DNA from: Candidatus Binataceae bacterium
Lineage (GTDB): Bacteria; Desulfobacterota; Binatia; Binatales; Binataceae
Assembly: GCA_049795175.1 (NCBI GenBank)
Contig: JBARDN010000330.1
Location: 1 to 60,086 of the forward strand
Reading direction: 5' to 3'
Length of the DNA: 60,086 bases
The notes beneath the pieces are model-generated. The model was not told the origin of the DNA and ran no database searches. It was given only the letters and a program-made list of their open reading frames with translations. The position numbers and the translations under genes were made by a program. Below are positions 28,745 through 37,554 of the stretch, one piece after another. Position 1 is the first letter of the stretch. Each line of letters begins with the position of its first letter.

Positions 28745-29737
28745 TTATAGTGCCGGAGCAGGCGTGGGTGTCGTCGTGGGCGTGGGCGTTGCGGCGATCG
28801 TCTTGATTTCCGTCCAATAGGGACTGCGCGCGAGTCGCGCGCGGAATTCCGCGAGAAAACGATCCTTGCCGCGAATCCGCGCCGGCCACGCCAGATCGGC
28901 GAATTTCCACGCCAGTTCCGGATGTCCTGTATAAATCAGGTTCAGCATGCCGCCCCATAGCTCGCTCGGAATTTTCGCATCGGGCCAGACCCGGAATGGA
29001 TCGTCGTAGTTCGCCGCCATCGCATCGACGCGGGTGTTGTTCGCGCTGCTTTCGAGCCGCGCCGCACTCGGCGCGGGCTGGCGCATCAGGTCGCTGGCGA
29101 CACGCCATCCGCCGTCACGATATTCGAGGATTACCAGCGGCGCGGGAGAGTCGGCGAAGTCGGTATGCCATCCGCTAAAGGTCCAGTCGTGCAGCACGAT
29201 CTGCACGCCGTCCTTGCCCAGGCGCACGAAGTGCGGGCTTTGCGGATCGTCGTTGCGCAACTGGATCTTTCCGAGTGCTCGGAATTTCGGTTCGAGCTCG
29301 AACATGTAAAACGTCAAGCAGCAACTCGCGTCCGGCGTATATCCCGTGACGACCAGATCCGGACGGCCGTTGCCGGTCAGGTCGTGCCCTGGCGCAAGGA
29401 ATCTTTCATCGGGATTGTCCGGCGCGAGCGCTCCCACTCGCAGCGCTGCGTCGCAGAGCGGGCGGCTGGTGTACTCGAGATGAAATCCGCGCTTGATCTC
29501 GAAGTACGCGCCACCGCATCCGTGGTCGTCGCGATAGATCGCGACGTCGTAGGCAAGCACCTGGGTTTCGGATTCCAGCACCGGTCCTGTGGGCCGCGCA
29601 GTCGCGGTGGGATGCGGCTTATGGCGGCCGCGGGCGTGCGTGCTCGCGCTTGTGAGTATTAGAACGGCGGCAAACAGAATCGACATGCGAGCAAGCGCAC
29701 GCGCCAGGCGGCTGAAGAGTCGGCTCGATTCGCTCAT
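28745..29737 (-). CDS. Secreted hypothetical protein with a Thr/Pro-rich C-terminal tail
   Basis: Signal-like N-terminus (LARALARMSILFAAVLILTSASTHA), one FG-GAP/VCBS-like stretch (DLTGNGRPDLVV), and the tail TPTPTTTPTPAPAL. Confidence 0.5.
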   Translation of the reverse strand: MSESSRLFSRLARALARMSILFAAVLILTSASTHARGRHKPHPTATARPTGPVLESETQVLAYDVAIYRDDHGCGGAYFEIKRGFHLEYTSRPLCDAALRVGALAPDNPDERFLAPGHDLTGNGRPDLVVTGYTPDASCCLTFYMFELEPKFRALGKIQLRNDDPQSPHFVRLGKDGVQIVLHDWTFSGWHTDFADSPAPLVILEYRDGGWRVASDLMRQPAPSAARLESSANNTRVDAMAANYDDPFRVWPDAKIPSELWGGMLNLIYTGHPELAWKFADLAWPARIRGKDRFLAEFRARLARSPYWTEIKTIAATPTPTTTPTPAPAL

Positions 29738-29750
29738 GGAGCATAAATTT

Positions 29751-29790
29751 GGTCCCTCTCCCTGTCAGGGAGAGGATAGGTGAGGGACCT
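29751..29790. repeat. Nested palindromic REP-like element (family C)
   Basis: GGTCCCTCTCCCTGTCAGGGAGAGGATAGGTGAGGGACC. Inner hairpin CTCTCCCTG/CAGGGAGAG; outer arms GGTCCCTC/GAGGGACC. A related copy lies at 42075..42110. Confidence 0.6.
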
Positions 29791-29879
29791 TTCTTTCTGA
29801 ATTTTTCCTGCTCGAGCCAAATCCCTGCGGATTTTTAATCGCGCGATGCTTCGCATCGCGCTGAATTCGCGGGTTCGGA

Positions 29880-30890
29880 TCACCCGTTGGAGTCGCCGTC
29901 GCCCGACGGGATAGGTACCGCGACGCCCCGTAGCCGCGTCACGGTGTTGTCGCACGCATCCGTGACCCAGAGATTTCCCTTGGAATCGATCGCCATGTTC
30001 TCGGGACAGGCGCCGACTTTGTAATGCGCCAGCATGCTGCCCGACGGATCGAGCTTGTACACGTCGTTGGTCCGCTGATTGGCGACGAATACGTTGCCCA
30101 CGTTGTCGATCGTAACCCCGCGCGGCGCGATACCGACCGGCGGATTGGCAATTTGATCGAAGCCGGGCGCGGCGGCGAATTGCACCACCTGATTGAAGCT
30201 CTGCACCGATTGCCACAGGTTTTGCTCCGGGTCGATCGCATTGCCGCTCGGCTGATAACCGACTGCGCCGATCGTCGTGACGACGGCGCCGGTCGCGTCC
30301 AGCACGGTGATATTGCCGCTCGAGTAGTTGCCAATCCAGAAATTGCCATCCGAGTCGCGCGCGATCGCGTGCGGATTTTGCCCGACACTTACCTGCTGGA
30401 CGATAGCGCCGGAAGCGTCGAGCTCGGCAACCGTGTTGCTGCCCTGATTGGTCACCCAGACATTTCCGCCGGGATCGAACTGTGCGTGTTGCGGCTCGGT
30501 GCCACCGGTCGGAAAAGTTCCGATCACCGAGCCGTCGGCTCCAATCGCGGTCACGTCGTTGCTCGCGGTATTTTGCACCCAGATATTGTCGGTGTTGCCG
30601 CGATCGATCTTGAGTCCGTGCGGGCGGGTGCCGACCGCGATCGTGTTCAGGACCTCGCCGCTCGAACTCAGCTCGGCGACATTGTTGCTGTACCGGTTAG
30701 CGATCCAGATGTGATCGGACGCGTCAATCCCGATGCCCTCCGGATAAATCCCGCCTGATTTGAAGGTGCGGCCGGCCGAGGATGACGCCGTCGGCGATGA
30801 TGACGATCCACCCCCGCATCCGGCGCCTACCAGCATCAACACCACCGACATGAACATCAGCCGCCGCGAAATATATTTTGTCTGGCGCAT
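29880..30890 (-). CDS. Lipoprotein with NHL/YVTN-type (streptogramin-lyase-like) beta-propeller repeats
   Basis: Track ORF 29880..30917. ATG 30890 follows GGAGGGGG and gives MRQTKYISRRLMFMSVVLMLVGAGC (lipobox). There are about 7 repeats of the type IWVANRYSNNVAEL / VWVTNQGSNTVAEL / LWVTDACDNTVTRL. Confidence 0.7.
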   Translation of the reverse strand: MRQTKYISRRLMFMSVVLMLVGAGCGGGSSSSPTASSSAGRTFKSGGIYPEGIGIDASDHIWIANRYSNNVAELSSSGEVLNTIAVGTRPHGLKIDRGNTDNIWVQNTASNDVTAIGADGSVIGTFPTGGTEPQHAQFDPGGNVWVTNQGSNTVAELDASGAIVQQVSVGQNPHAIARDSDGNFWIGNYSSGNITVLDATGAVVTTIGAVGYQPSGNAIDPEQNLWQSVQSFNQVVQFAAAPGFDQIANPPVGIAPRGVTIDNVGNVFVANQRTNDVYKLDPSGSMLAHYKVGACPENMAIDSKGNLWVTDACDNTVTRLRGVAVPIPSGDGDSNG

Positions 30891-31023
30891 ACCCCCTCCG
30901 TCGTTGCGCGGATTCATTTTCAGCCCGCAGAACAGGGAGCATTATGCCTGTTGGCAGCGAAAATCCGAAGGTGATCCCTCGCCCTGAAAGATGCCACTGG
31001 CAAGCGGTTGGGCGAAGGTTATA

Positions 31024-33384
31024 TCAGGCGATGGGCGGGGCGGGTGCTGGGGGCGTCGCGTTGGGAGGCTCCGCCGAGGCCTCTGGCGCGGGGGCTTTGT
31101 AGCCGCATTCCGCGTTGGCGCACTTCCAGACCGTGCCCTCGCGTTTGGTGGTCTTTTCGACCAGGTAATTGGCCCCGCACGACGGGCACGGATGGGGAAC
31201 GACTTTATCCCACGCCGCGAACTTGCACTTCGGATAGCGGCCGCATCCGAAAAACAGCTTGCCGCGGCGGCTGCGGCGCTCGAGGATTTCGCCTTCTTTG
31301 CATTCCGGGCATGCGACTCCGGTTTTCACCGGCGGTGATTGCAAGCGCTTGATTCCGTCGCAATCCGGGTAGCCGGTGCATCCGAGGAACTCGCCAAAGC
31401 GCGAGCGCTTGCGCGCCATCGGCTTGCCGCACTTGTCGCAAACCTCGTCGGTGGGAGCAATCGGCGCGGCTGCGCGCTCGTGGATTCCCCCCTGTTCATC
31501 GCGCGAAAATTCCTTCGTGTTCTTGCACGCAGGATAGTTCGAGCAGGCAAGGAACTCGCCGTTGCGGCCCCATTTGATAACCATGTCGCCAGCGTCGAGT
31601 TCGCACTTGAGCCCGGTCGGAAGACCTTTGCGCTTGACCTCGGGCATCGTCTTTTTGGCTTCGCTCAGGCGTTTCTTGAATGGGACGTAAAAACGCTTGA
31701 GCGTCTTGACCCAGTTTTCCTTGCCCTCTTCGACCTTATCCAGATCTTCTTCCATCGCGGCGGTAAAACCGACCTCGATGATATCCGGGAAGGCCGCCAC
31801 CAGCAGATCGGCCACGGTCCGGCCCAAGCTGGTCGGACGCAGACGCTTGCTCTCGTCTTCCTCGACGTAGGTTTGGTTGAGCAGGCTGGTCATGATCGTC
31901 GCGTACGTTGACGGACGCCCGATGCCCTTTTCCTCGAGCTCCTTGATAATCGTCGCCTGGGTGAAGCGCGGCGGCGGCTGCGTGAAATGCTGTTCGGGGT
32001 CGAGTCCCTGGAGCGCCAGGCGTTCGCCCTCGGTCATCGCGGGCAGAGTCGCTGCGGCTTCGTCGTCCTCGCTGGGTTCGTCCTGGCCTTCAAGGTACAC
32101 GCGCATGAAACCGTCGAACTTCATCACCTGACCGGTGGCGCGGAACACCGCGGCGGCCGCGTCGATATCGACGCTGGTGCGATCGTACACAGCGGGATTC
32201 ATCTGGCTCGAAACGAAGCGATCGTAGATCAGCTTGTAAAGATCGTAGGCCGGCTTTTCCAGGTACTGACGCACAAATTCGGGATCACGTTCGACCGCGG
32301 TCGGGCGAATCGCCTCGTGGGCGTCCTGGGCAGCCTTGCTGGTGCGATAATGAATCGCGCGGTCGGGCAGATATTCTTTGCCGTAGCGCCCCGCGATATG
32401 ACCGCGCACGGAATCGAGCGCGACTTCGGAGACGCGCACCGAATCGGTACGCATGTAGGTGATAAGTCCGATCGCGCCGTCCGCCCCGAGCTCGATACCT
32501 TCGTAAAGGCGCTGCGCAATCTGCATCGTGCGCTTGGGCGAGAAATACAGCTTGCGCGAAGCCTCCTGTTGGAGCCTCGAGGTGATAAACGGCGGCGCCG
32601 GACTTCTACGGACTTCCTTGCGTTCGATCGTGCGGACGATAAACGGCGCATCGGTGACCGCCGCGACAATCTCGTCCGCCTGAACCTTGGGAAGCTTGTA
32701 GGCCTTGTTGTCGATGCGCTGGTCTTTCCAGCTATAGAGCCGCGCCTTGAACGGTGGAGGATTCGCGGCCGCCAGACGCGCGTCGAGCGTCCAGTATTCC
32801 TCGGCGCGAAACGCCTCGCGCTCGCGTTCGCGTTCGACGATTATCCGCAGTGCCGGAGACTGTACGCGGCCCGCGCTGATTCCGCGCTTGACCTTGTCCC
32901 ACAAGAGCGGACTTATCAGGTAGCCGACCAGACGGTCGAGCACGCGGCGCGCCTGCTGCGCGTCGTAGAGGTCTTCGTCCAGATCGCCGCAATTCGCAAT
33001 CGCGGCCTTCACAGCGTCCGACGTAATCTCGTGCAGCAGCACGCGATGTATCTTGCTGGCCGCCGCCTTGCCCAGTCGTTCCTTCAGGTGCCACGCGATC
33101 GCCTCGCCCTCGCGGTCGGGGTCGGAGGCGAGATAGATATTTTCTTTGCCCTGTGCGGATTTCTTGATCCCTTCGATAATCTTGGTCTTACCGGGAATCA
33201 CGTGGTACTCGGGTTTGAAGTCATGCTCCAAATCGACGCCGAGGGTGCTTTTGGGCAGATCGACAACGTGCCCCACCGACGATGTAACTTCATAGGCCGA
33301 GCCCAAATAACGCTTGATCGTTTTTGCTTTGGCTGGCGATTCTACGATAACAAGGTTTTTTGCCACGATTCGGCTGTCTCCCAA
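31024..33384 (-). CDS. topA: DNA topoisomerase I
   Basis: Toprim start LVIVESPAKAKTIKRYLG; active-site region GLITYMRTDS; three C-terminal CxxC...CxxC zinc ribbons. Confidence 0.95.
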   Translation of the reverse strand: MGDSRIVAKNLVIVESPAKAKTIKRYLGSAYEVTSSVGHVVDLPKSTLGVDLEHDFKPEYHVIPGKTKIIEGIKKSAQGKENIYLASDPDREGEAIAWHLKERLGKAAASKIHRVLLHEITSDAVKAAIANCGDLDEDLYDAQQARRVLDRLVGYLISPLLWDKVKRGISAGRVQSPALRIIVEREREREAFRAEEYWTLDARLAAANPPPFKARLYSWKDQRIDNKAYKLPKVQADEIVAAVTDAPFIVRTIERKEVRRSPAPPFITSRLQQEASRKLYFSPKRTMQIAQRLYEGIELGADGAIGLITYMRTDSVRVSEVALDSVRGHIAGRYGKEYLPDRAIHYRTSKAAQDAHEAIRPTAVERDPEFVRQYLEKPAYDLYKLIYDRFVSSQMNPAVYDRTSVDIDAAAAVFRATGQVMKFDGFMRVYLEGQDEPSEDDEAAATLPAMTEGERLALQGLDPEQHFTQPPPRFTQATIIKELEEKGIGRPSTYATIMTSLLNQTYVEEDESKRLRPTSLGRTVADLLVAAFPDIIEVGFTAAMEEDLDKVEEGKENWVKTLKRFYVPFKKRLSEAKKTMPEVKRKGLPTGLKCELDAGDMVIKWGRNGEFLACSNYPACKNTKEFSRDEQGGIHERAAAPIAPTDEVCDKCGKPMARKRSRFGEFLGCTGYPDCDGIKRLQSPPVKTGVACPECKEGEILERRSRRGKLFFGCGRYPKCKFAAWDKVVPHPCPSCGANYLVEKTTKREGTVWKCANAECGYKAPAPEASAEPPNATPPAPAPPIA

Positions 33385-33428
33385 CCCACCCGCGGCCCGG
33401 CTAGGGCCTCAGCATCATCCTGCACGAC

Positions 33429-34619
33429 TCAGGCTAGCGAGAAAAGCTTCCCCGGATGCTGCGCGACTATGCCCTTTAGCTCAAGCTCAAGCAACAATCT
33501 AAGCACGGTCTGGGCGTCGAGTCCGGAAGCTTCTATCAGAGCGTCAACGTGGAGCTTCGTATCATCTTTAAGCTCCAATATTATAGCTTTAGCTGCCTTT
33601 ACAGTTGCGTCGCCGGAGTCCAGTATCCGATCCACCGACTTTGTGCCCGCCGATGCTGCCTTTTTTGAGACTGACGACCGTCTAGCCGGCCATCTTGGAG
33701 TGTCTGCCGATCTCGGATTCGTCGGCATGACGAATTGAGGCGCCAATTCCTCGAGTACGTCTTCGACGCAATCGACCAGCACTGCGCCCTGCTTGATCAG
33801 CCGGTTGCTGCCGCTCGCCTTGCCGCCCAGGGGACTGCCGGGAACCGCGAAGACCTGCCGATTCTGCTCCAGCGCCATCCGGGCGGTGATAAGCGAGCCG
33901 CTTTTCTCGGCAGCCTCGACGATCACGACGCCGAGCGACAGGCCGGAGATGATCCGGTTGCGAGTCGGGAAATTCTCCGGCAGCGGCTGAGATCCCACCG
34001 GAAGTTCGCTGAAGATAGCGCCTGCGCTTGCGATTATCGCGTCGGCAAGTTGGCGATGCTCAGGTGGATAGATGACGTCGACGCCGCATCCTAGAATCGC
34101 GATAGTCTTTCCGCCCGCGTCAAGCGCGCCCTGATGCGCTTCGGCGTCGATTCCGCGTGCGAGGCCGCTTACCACGATGAAACCCTGGGCGGCGAGTTCG
34201 AAGCCGATCCGGCGCGCCATCCGCCGGCCGGCATCGGAGGCGGCGCGCGCTCCGACCACGGCGACGCATCGGCTATCAGCAGGAGGCGTCTCGCCGCGGA
34301 CGAAGAGATACGGCGGCGGATCGGGAATTTCGCGCAACCTTGCCGGATAGTCCGAGTCGGTCCACCTGACCAGGCGTGCGCCGATTCGCGGCAGCTCGCA
34401 GAGCTCGCGCTCGATCGGATCGAAGTCGCGAAAGTCGGCGACCGCGCGCGCGATTTTGCTCTGGACTCCGGCGGCGGCGATTTCATCGGCCTTGAGCGCG
34501 AAGATTTTTTCCGGTGCGCCGAATTTCTCGAGCAGCAGTCGCGCCGTGCGCGGCCCGACCCCCGGCACCCGCCGCAGCGCGAGCCATAATGAATCAACCG
34601 AACCAGGCATGGTCGTCAT
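33429..34619 (-). CDS. dprA: DNA-processing protein DprA (Smf)
   Basis: Track ORF 33429..34658; start at ATG 34619 (MTTMPGSVDSLWLALRRVPGVGPRTARLL). Rossmann-like core: VVSGLARGIDAEAHQGAL..GKTIAILGCGVD, VVIVEAAEKSGSLITA. Sits upstream of topA, as is common. Confidence 0.9.
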   Translation of the reverse strand: MTTMPGSVDSLWLALRRVPGVGPRTARLLLEKFGAPEKIFALKADEIAAAGVQSKIARAVADFRDFDPIERELCELPRIGARLVRWTDSDYPARLREIPDPPPYLFVRGETPPADSRCVAVVGARAASDAGRRMARRIGFELAAQGFIVVSGLARGIDAEAHQGALDAGGKTIAILGCGVDVIYPPEHRQLADAIIASAGAIFSELPVGSQPLPENFPTRNRIISGLSLGVVIVEAAEKSGSLITARMALEQNRQVFAVPGSPLGGKASGSNRLIKQGAVLVDCVEDVLEELAPQFVMPTNPRSADTPRWPARRSSVSKKAASAGTKSVDRILDSGDATVKAAKAIILELKDDTKLHVDALIEASGLDAQTVLRLLLELELKGIVAQHPGKLFSLA

Positions 34620-34873
34620 GCCGCGGCATCGCAGCCGCATCCCCCCTTTTTCGCGCAAGATTCACGCGTCGCGGTAGTTTTATAATAAGCTGCGCTTAAC
34701 GCCAACTGGTCGAAACTGGCGTGAAACTCCCGGCGATTTGTTGACCGACCAGTCCGATTGAAATACTGTTCACGCAAGCGCTTTGCGCGCCGCCCCGATC
34801 GATCTGCGGCGCGGACAAACCCTATATTCTTATCCCCGGTGGCTGTTTGCAGGGCGGAGGAGCAGGAGACCTG

Positions 34874-35434
34874 ATGGATTTCAGTAGCATGTCGGCCAAC
34901 GAGAAGCAGATTCTCATCTTCAGCTTCTATCGCGATGCCGAACTTCGAGGCGCTCGCCTCCTTTTCAATCTCATAACTCATCTCAAAGACGGCGATTCCC
35001 AGCTTAAGATGGCGGCGCATCTGGCCGATGAAACTCGCCACGCATGGCTGTGGACCAAGCGGATTTCTGACCTGGGTGGCGCACCGGTGATGGTCGATGA
35101 TGGCTACCAGCGGCGGCTCGGACTGCGCACCGGCGTGCCCAAGACGATAATTGATCTGCTGGCGCTGACGGTCGTGGTCGAGGAGCGCGCGCAGAGCCGC
35201 TACAACGCGCATGCCGCGCTCCCGAACGTGGACGCAGAGACCCTCGAGGTCCTGGCCGCGGTCACCAAGGACGAGACCTGGCATCTGTCGTGGATCGAAA
35301 AGAAGATGCGCGAGATCGCCAAAGAGCAGGGCGCCGAAGAACAGGCCGACGCGTCACTCGATCGCTATCGCAAGATCGATCGCGAGGTTTACGCGACTCT
35401 TGCCGCTGACGAAGCGGAGCTGATGCGCTCGTAG
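34874..35434 (+). CDS. Ferritin-like (di-iron carboxylate four-helix-bundle) domain protein
   Basis: Track ORF 34847..35434; ATG 34874 follows AGGAGA. Paired E / ExxH-type ligand boxes: YRDAELRGA, ADETRHAW, VVVEERAQ, KDETWHLSW. Confidence 0.55.
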   Translation: MDFSSMSANEKQILIFSFYRDAELRGARLLFNLITHLKDGDSQLKMAAHLADETRHAWLWTKRISDLGGAPVMVDDGYQRRLGLRTGVPKTIIDLLALTVVVEERAQSRYNAHAALPNVDAETLEVLAAVTKDETWHLSWIEKKMREIAKEQGAEEQADASLDRYRKIDREVYATLAADEAELMRS

Positions 35435-35445
35435 AACGCGTTTGC

Positions 35446-35817
35446 ATGAAAAATCCCGGGGCGGCGACTCTGGCGCTCGCGATTTTCGCCGCCTGCGCGA
35501 CCGCAATCTGTTGTCTTCCCGCGAGCGCTGCAGCCGGATGGAAGAAGGGCGAATTCGATTCGTCCGGCAAGCCAGTAACCGAGTATCACTGCACGCCCGG
35601 CGCCCCAATCGCGAAGGCGTCCACTGAAATGAGTTACGCACATCTCTCCTCGCACGGCGAGGGTTCAGACCGCGGCGCGGGAGGCGTTCAGGTCGTGGCA
35701 GATGGCTTCGGCGGCGGCTTTGGTGGCCAGAGGATTTTCGCCGAAGCGATCAAGGAATCGGACAACTGCGGGCCAAGGAGAACTCTGCTGAGAGTTTTTT
35801 GCCTTGACCGAGGGTGA
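35446..35817 (+). CDS. Possible small secreted protein (weak call)
   Basis: MKNPGAATLALAIFAACATAICCLPASAAAG looks like a signal peptide. The 3' 68 nt overlap the convergent gene 35750..37288 and use rare codons there, so the true end or the gene's reality is doubtful. Confidence 0.3.
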   Translation: MKNPGAATLALAIFAACATAICCLPASAAAGWKKGEFDSSGKPVTEYHCTPGAPIAKASTEMSYAHLSSHGEGSDRGAGGVQVVADGFGGGFGGQRIFAEAIKESDNCGPRRTLLRVFCLDRG

Positions 35818-37288
35818 AGTCATACGTGAAGCGAATATCGTAGGTACCATTTTCGTAGATCGGTCCCAGAAATTGCAGTGTGCGGCCCGGGTCCAGGTCG
35901 AGATAATAAGGAGCGTCGTTGAACTGTCCACCCCTTGCGGGACGACGCGTTACCGCGAGGCTGCCGGCGGTCGGACGGCCGTGATAATCGATTACCGCGA
36001 CAATCATTCCGTCGGTATGGTGACGCGTCGTGGAACATCCTTCGGTTCCGGTAATCGTCGAACCCGGAGGATAGATTTTCGTTCCGGCCGGAAGCGGCGT
36101 GTGCGGCCCCCCGCCTGTCACCCTGCCGTCCACAAATGCGAAACCGACGAGGCTCGCGTTCGCGTCAGCGCTGGCAGGGAAAGACCGCGCCGCAGGCATC
36201 GGTGGATATTTCACGTCGATCGTCAGATTAAGCCTGCCGGTTGGGTAGGAAAACTTCGCCGCGTCGTAGCCGGGAAGTGTCGAGGGATAATTGGGGTTGT
36301 TCGATAGCCCGACGCCCTCACGCGGAGCGCCGTTCGGGTCGAGCTCGAGCGTAAAGGTGCTGTCCTCGTCGTGAAACACCAGGATTGCGTAAGATCCGGG
36401 GTCTTGATTCTCGAAGTCGCAGGAGGAGCGTCGATTGGTGATCCTTGACGCAGTGCTCGCCGCCTCCCCTCCGGTGTTCGAGGGGTAGCCTTCGGCCGAT
36501 CGAAACAGCAGGCAATAGACCTGACCCCGATTGTTGCGCAGTCCCGCGATTGTGACATGGATCACGTTGTCCGCTTGAGCTCCGTCGGTCGGCTGGTCTG
36601 AGATGGAGCTTTCTGCCTCGCCCGGGTTTGCCAGCACAGCTACAACCGCGCCTTGCTTGCCCAGTGTCGAATCGATGACCCATTCGGGGCCGAAGACCCC
36701 GATGCTGCCGGCGTATGAGCCGCGGCCATAATTTTCCAGATGCGCGGTTTTGATCCGATTCCCGTTCATCCCCTTGGCTTGCAGCTTCGCTACCGCTTCC
36801 GGCAGATCCATGAAATTCGCGGGCAATGGATGTTGATCGCCCGGATCGGCAGTCGAGGGAGGGCTTAACTCACCTGCGGGCGAATTAGGCATAAAGGAAA
36901 GCGTCTGCTGCTGCCCGGGAGAGTAGAAGTTGAACCGAATCAGCACACCTCCGTCTGGAGATTGGGCATTGCTGAAGCCGGTCGTCAGATTCATTTCGAT
37001 CGACGTCAGAAAGGCGTCGGGTTGCCATTTGGTTCGAACGTATGCGACCGCGCGCTGTGCGATCGCCGGCACGCCGCTCACCGGCCATTGGACTTCCTTC
37101 GGGAGCACCACCTGGTTTGCGGCCGTGCTCGGCGCGGCGACCCCGTCCTGCACGGTGCCTTGGGAACGGCGGCACGCCAAGAGGCTGGCGGCGATAACGA
37201 TCGCCAGACCGAAGCGTGCGATTGCGCCCACTCGGGACGATCGAGGCTGGCGCGGAATCGAATGGGCGACCAACGGGTGATCTCTCAT
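35750..37288 (-). CDS. Lipoprotein containing a DUF2141-like domain
   Basis: Track ORF 35750..37468; ATG 37288 gives ...AIARFGLAIVIAASLLAC (lipobox). The central segment VIHVTIAGLRNNRGQVYCLLF...YAILVFHDEDSTFTLELDPNGAPREGVGLSNNP matches my recollection of the DUF2141 pattern (hDeN..ld.n..G.P.E.yGfSNN). Confidence 0.55.
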   Translation of the reverse strand: MRDHPLVAHSIPRQPRSSRVGAIARFGLAIVIAASLLACRRSQGTVQDGVAAPSTAANQVVLPKEVQWPVSGVPAIAQRAVAYVRTKWQPDAFLTSIEMNLTTGFSNAQSPDGGVLIRFNFYSPGQQQTLSFMPNSPAGELSPPSTADPGDQHPLPANFMDLPEAVAKLQAKGMNGNRIKTAHLENYGRGSYAGSIGVFGPEWVIDSTLGKQGAVVAVLANPGEAESSISDQPTDGAQADNVIHVTIAGLRNNRGQVYCLLFRSAEGYPSNTGGEAASTASRITNRRSSCDFENQDPGSYAILVFHDEDSTFTLELDPNGAPREGVGLSNNPNYPSTLPGYDAAKFSYPTGRLNLTIDVKYPPMPAARSFPASADANASLVGFAFVDGRVTGGGPHTPLPAGTKIYPPGSTITGTEGCSTTRHHTDGMIVAVIDYHGRPTAGSLAVTRRPARGGQFNDAPYYLDLDPGRTLQFLGPIYENGTYDIRFTYDFTLGQGKKLSAEFSLARSCPIP

Positions 37289-37554
37289 ATCTGGAACTCC
37301 CCGAGCTCCGCGATTGCCGTCGAGCGCCGGTCCTGTCCAGCGCCGCCAGACAATAGTACTGCGCGCGATAAAAAATCTAGGCCCGTTTTGAACCGCCATC
37401 CACGGCCTCGACGAGCGGTTGACGGTCAGCGGGTTTTTTCGCACACTTTGGTTGCTTGCGCATCCCAAGATTCCATGCGACGGGACGGAGACCCTGTGAA
37501 CAATCCACGACCCTGGCCAACCTCCCGTTCTTCTCGAAACCGGAAGAGCGAATC

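Noticed and set aside
31987-33738. 583-aa ORF antisense to topA/dprA
   Set aside because: It overlaps two strongly supported genes on the other strand and has no domain signatures.
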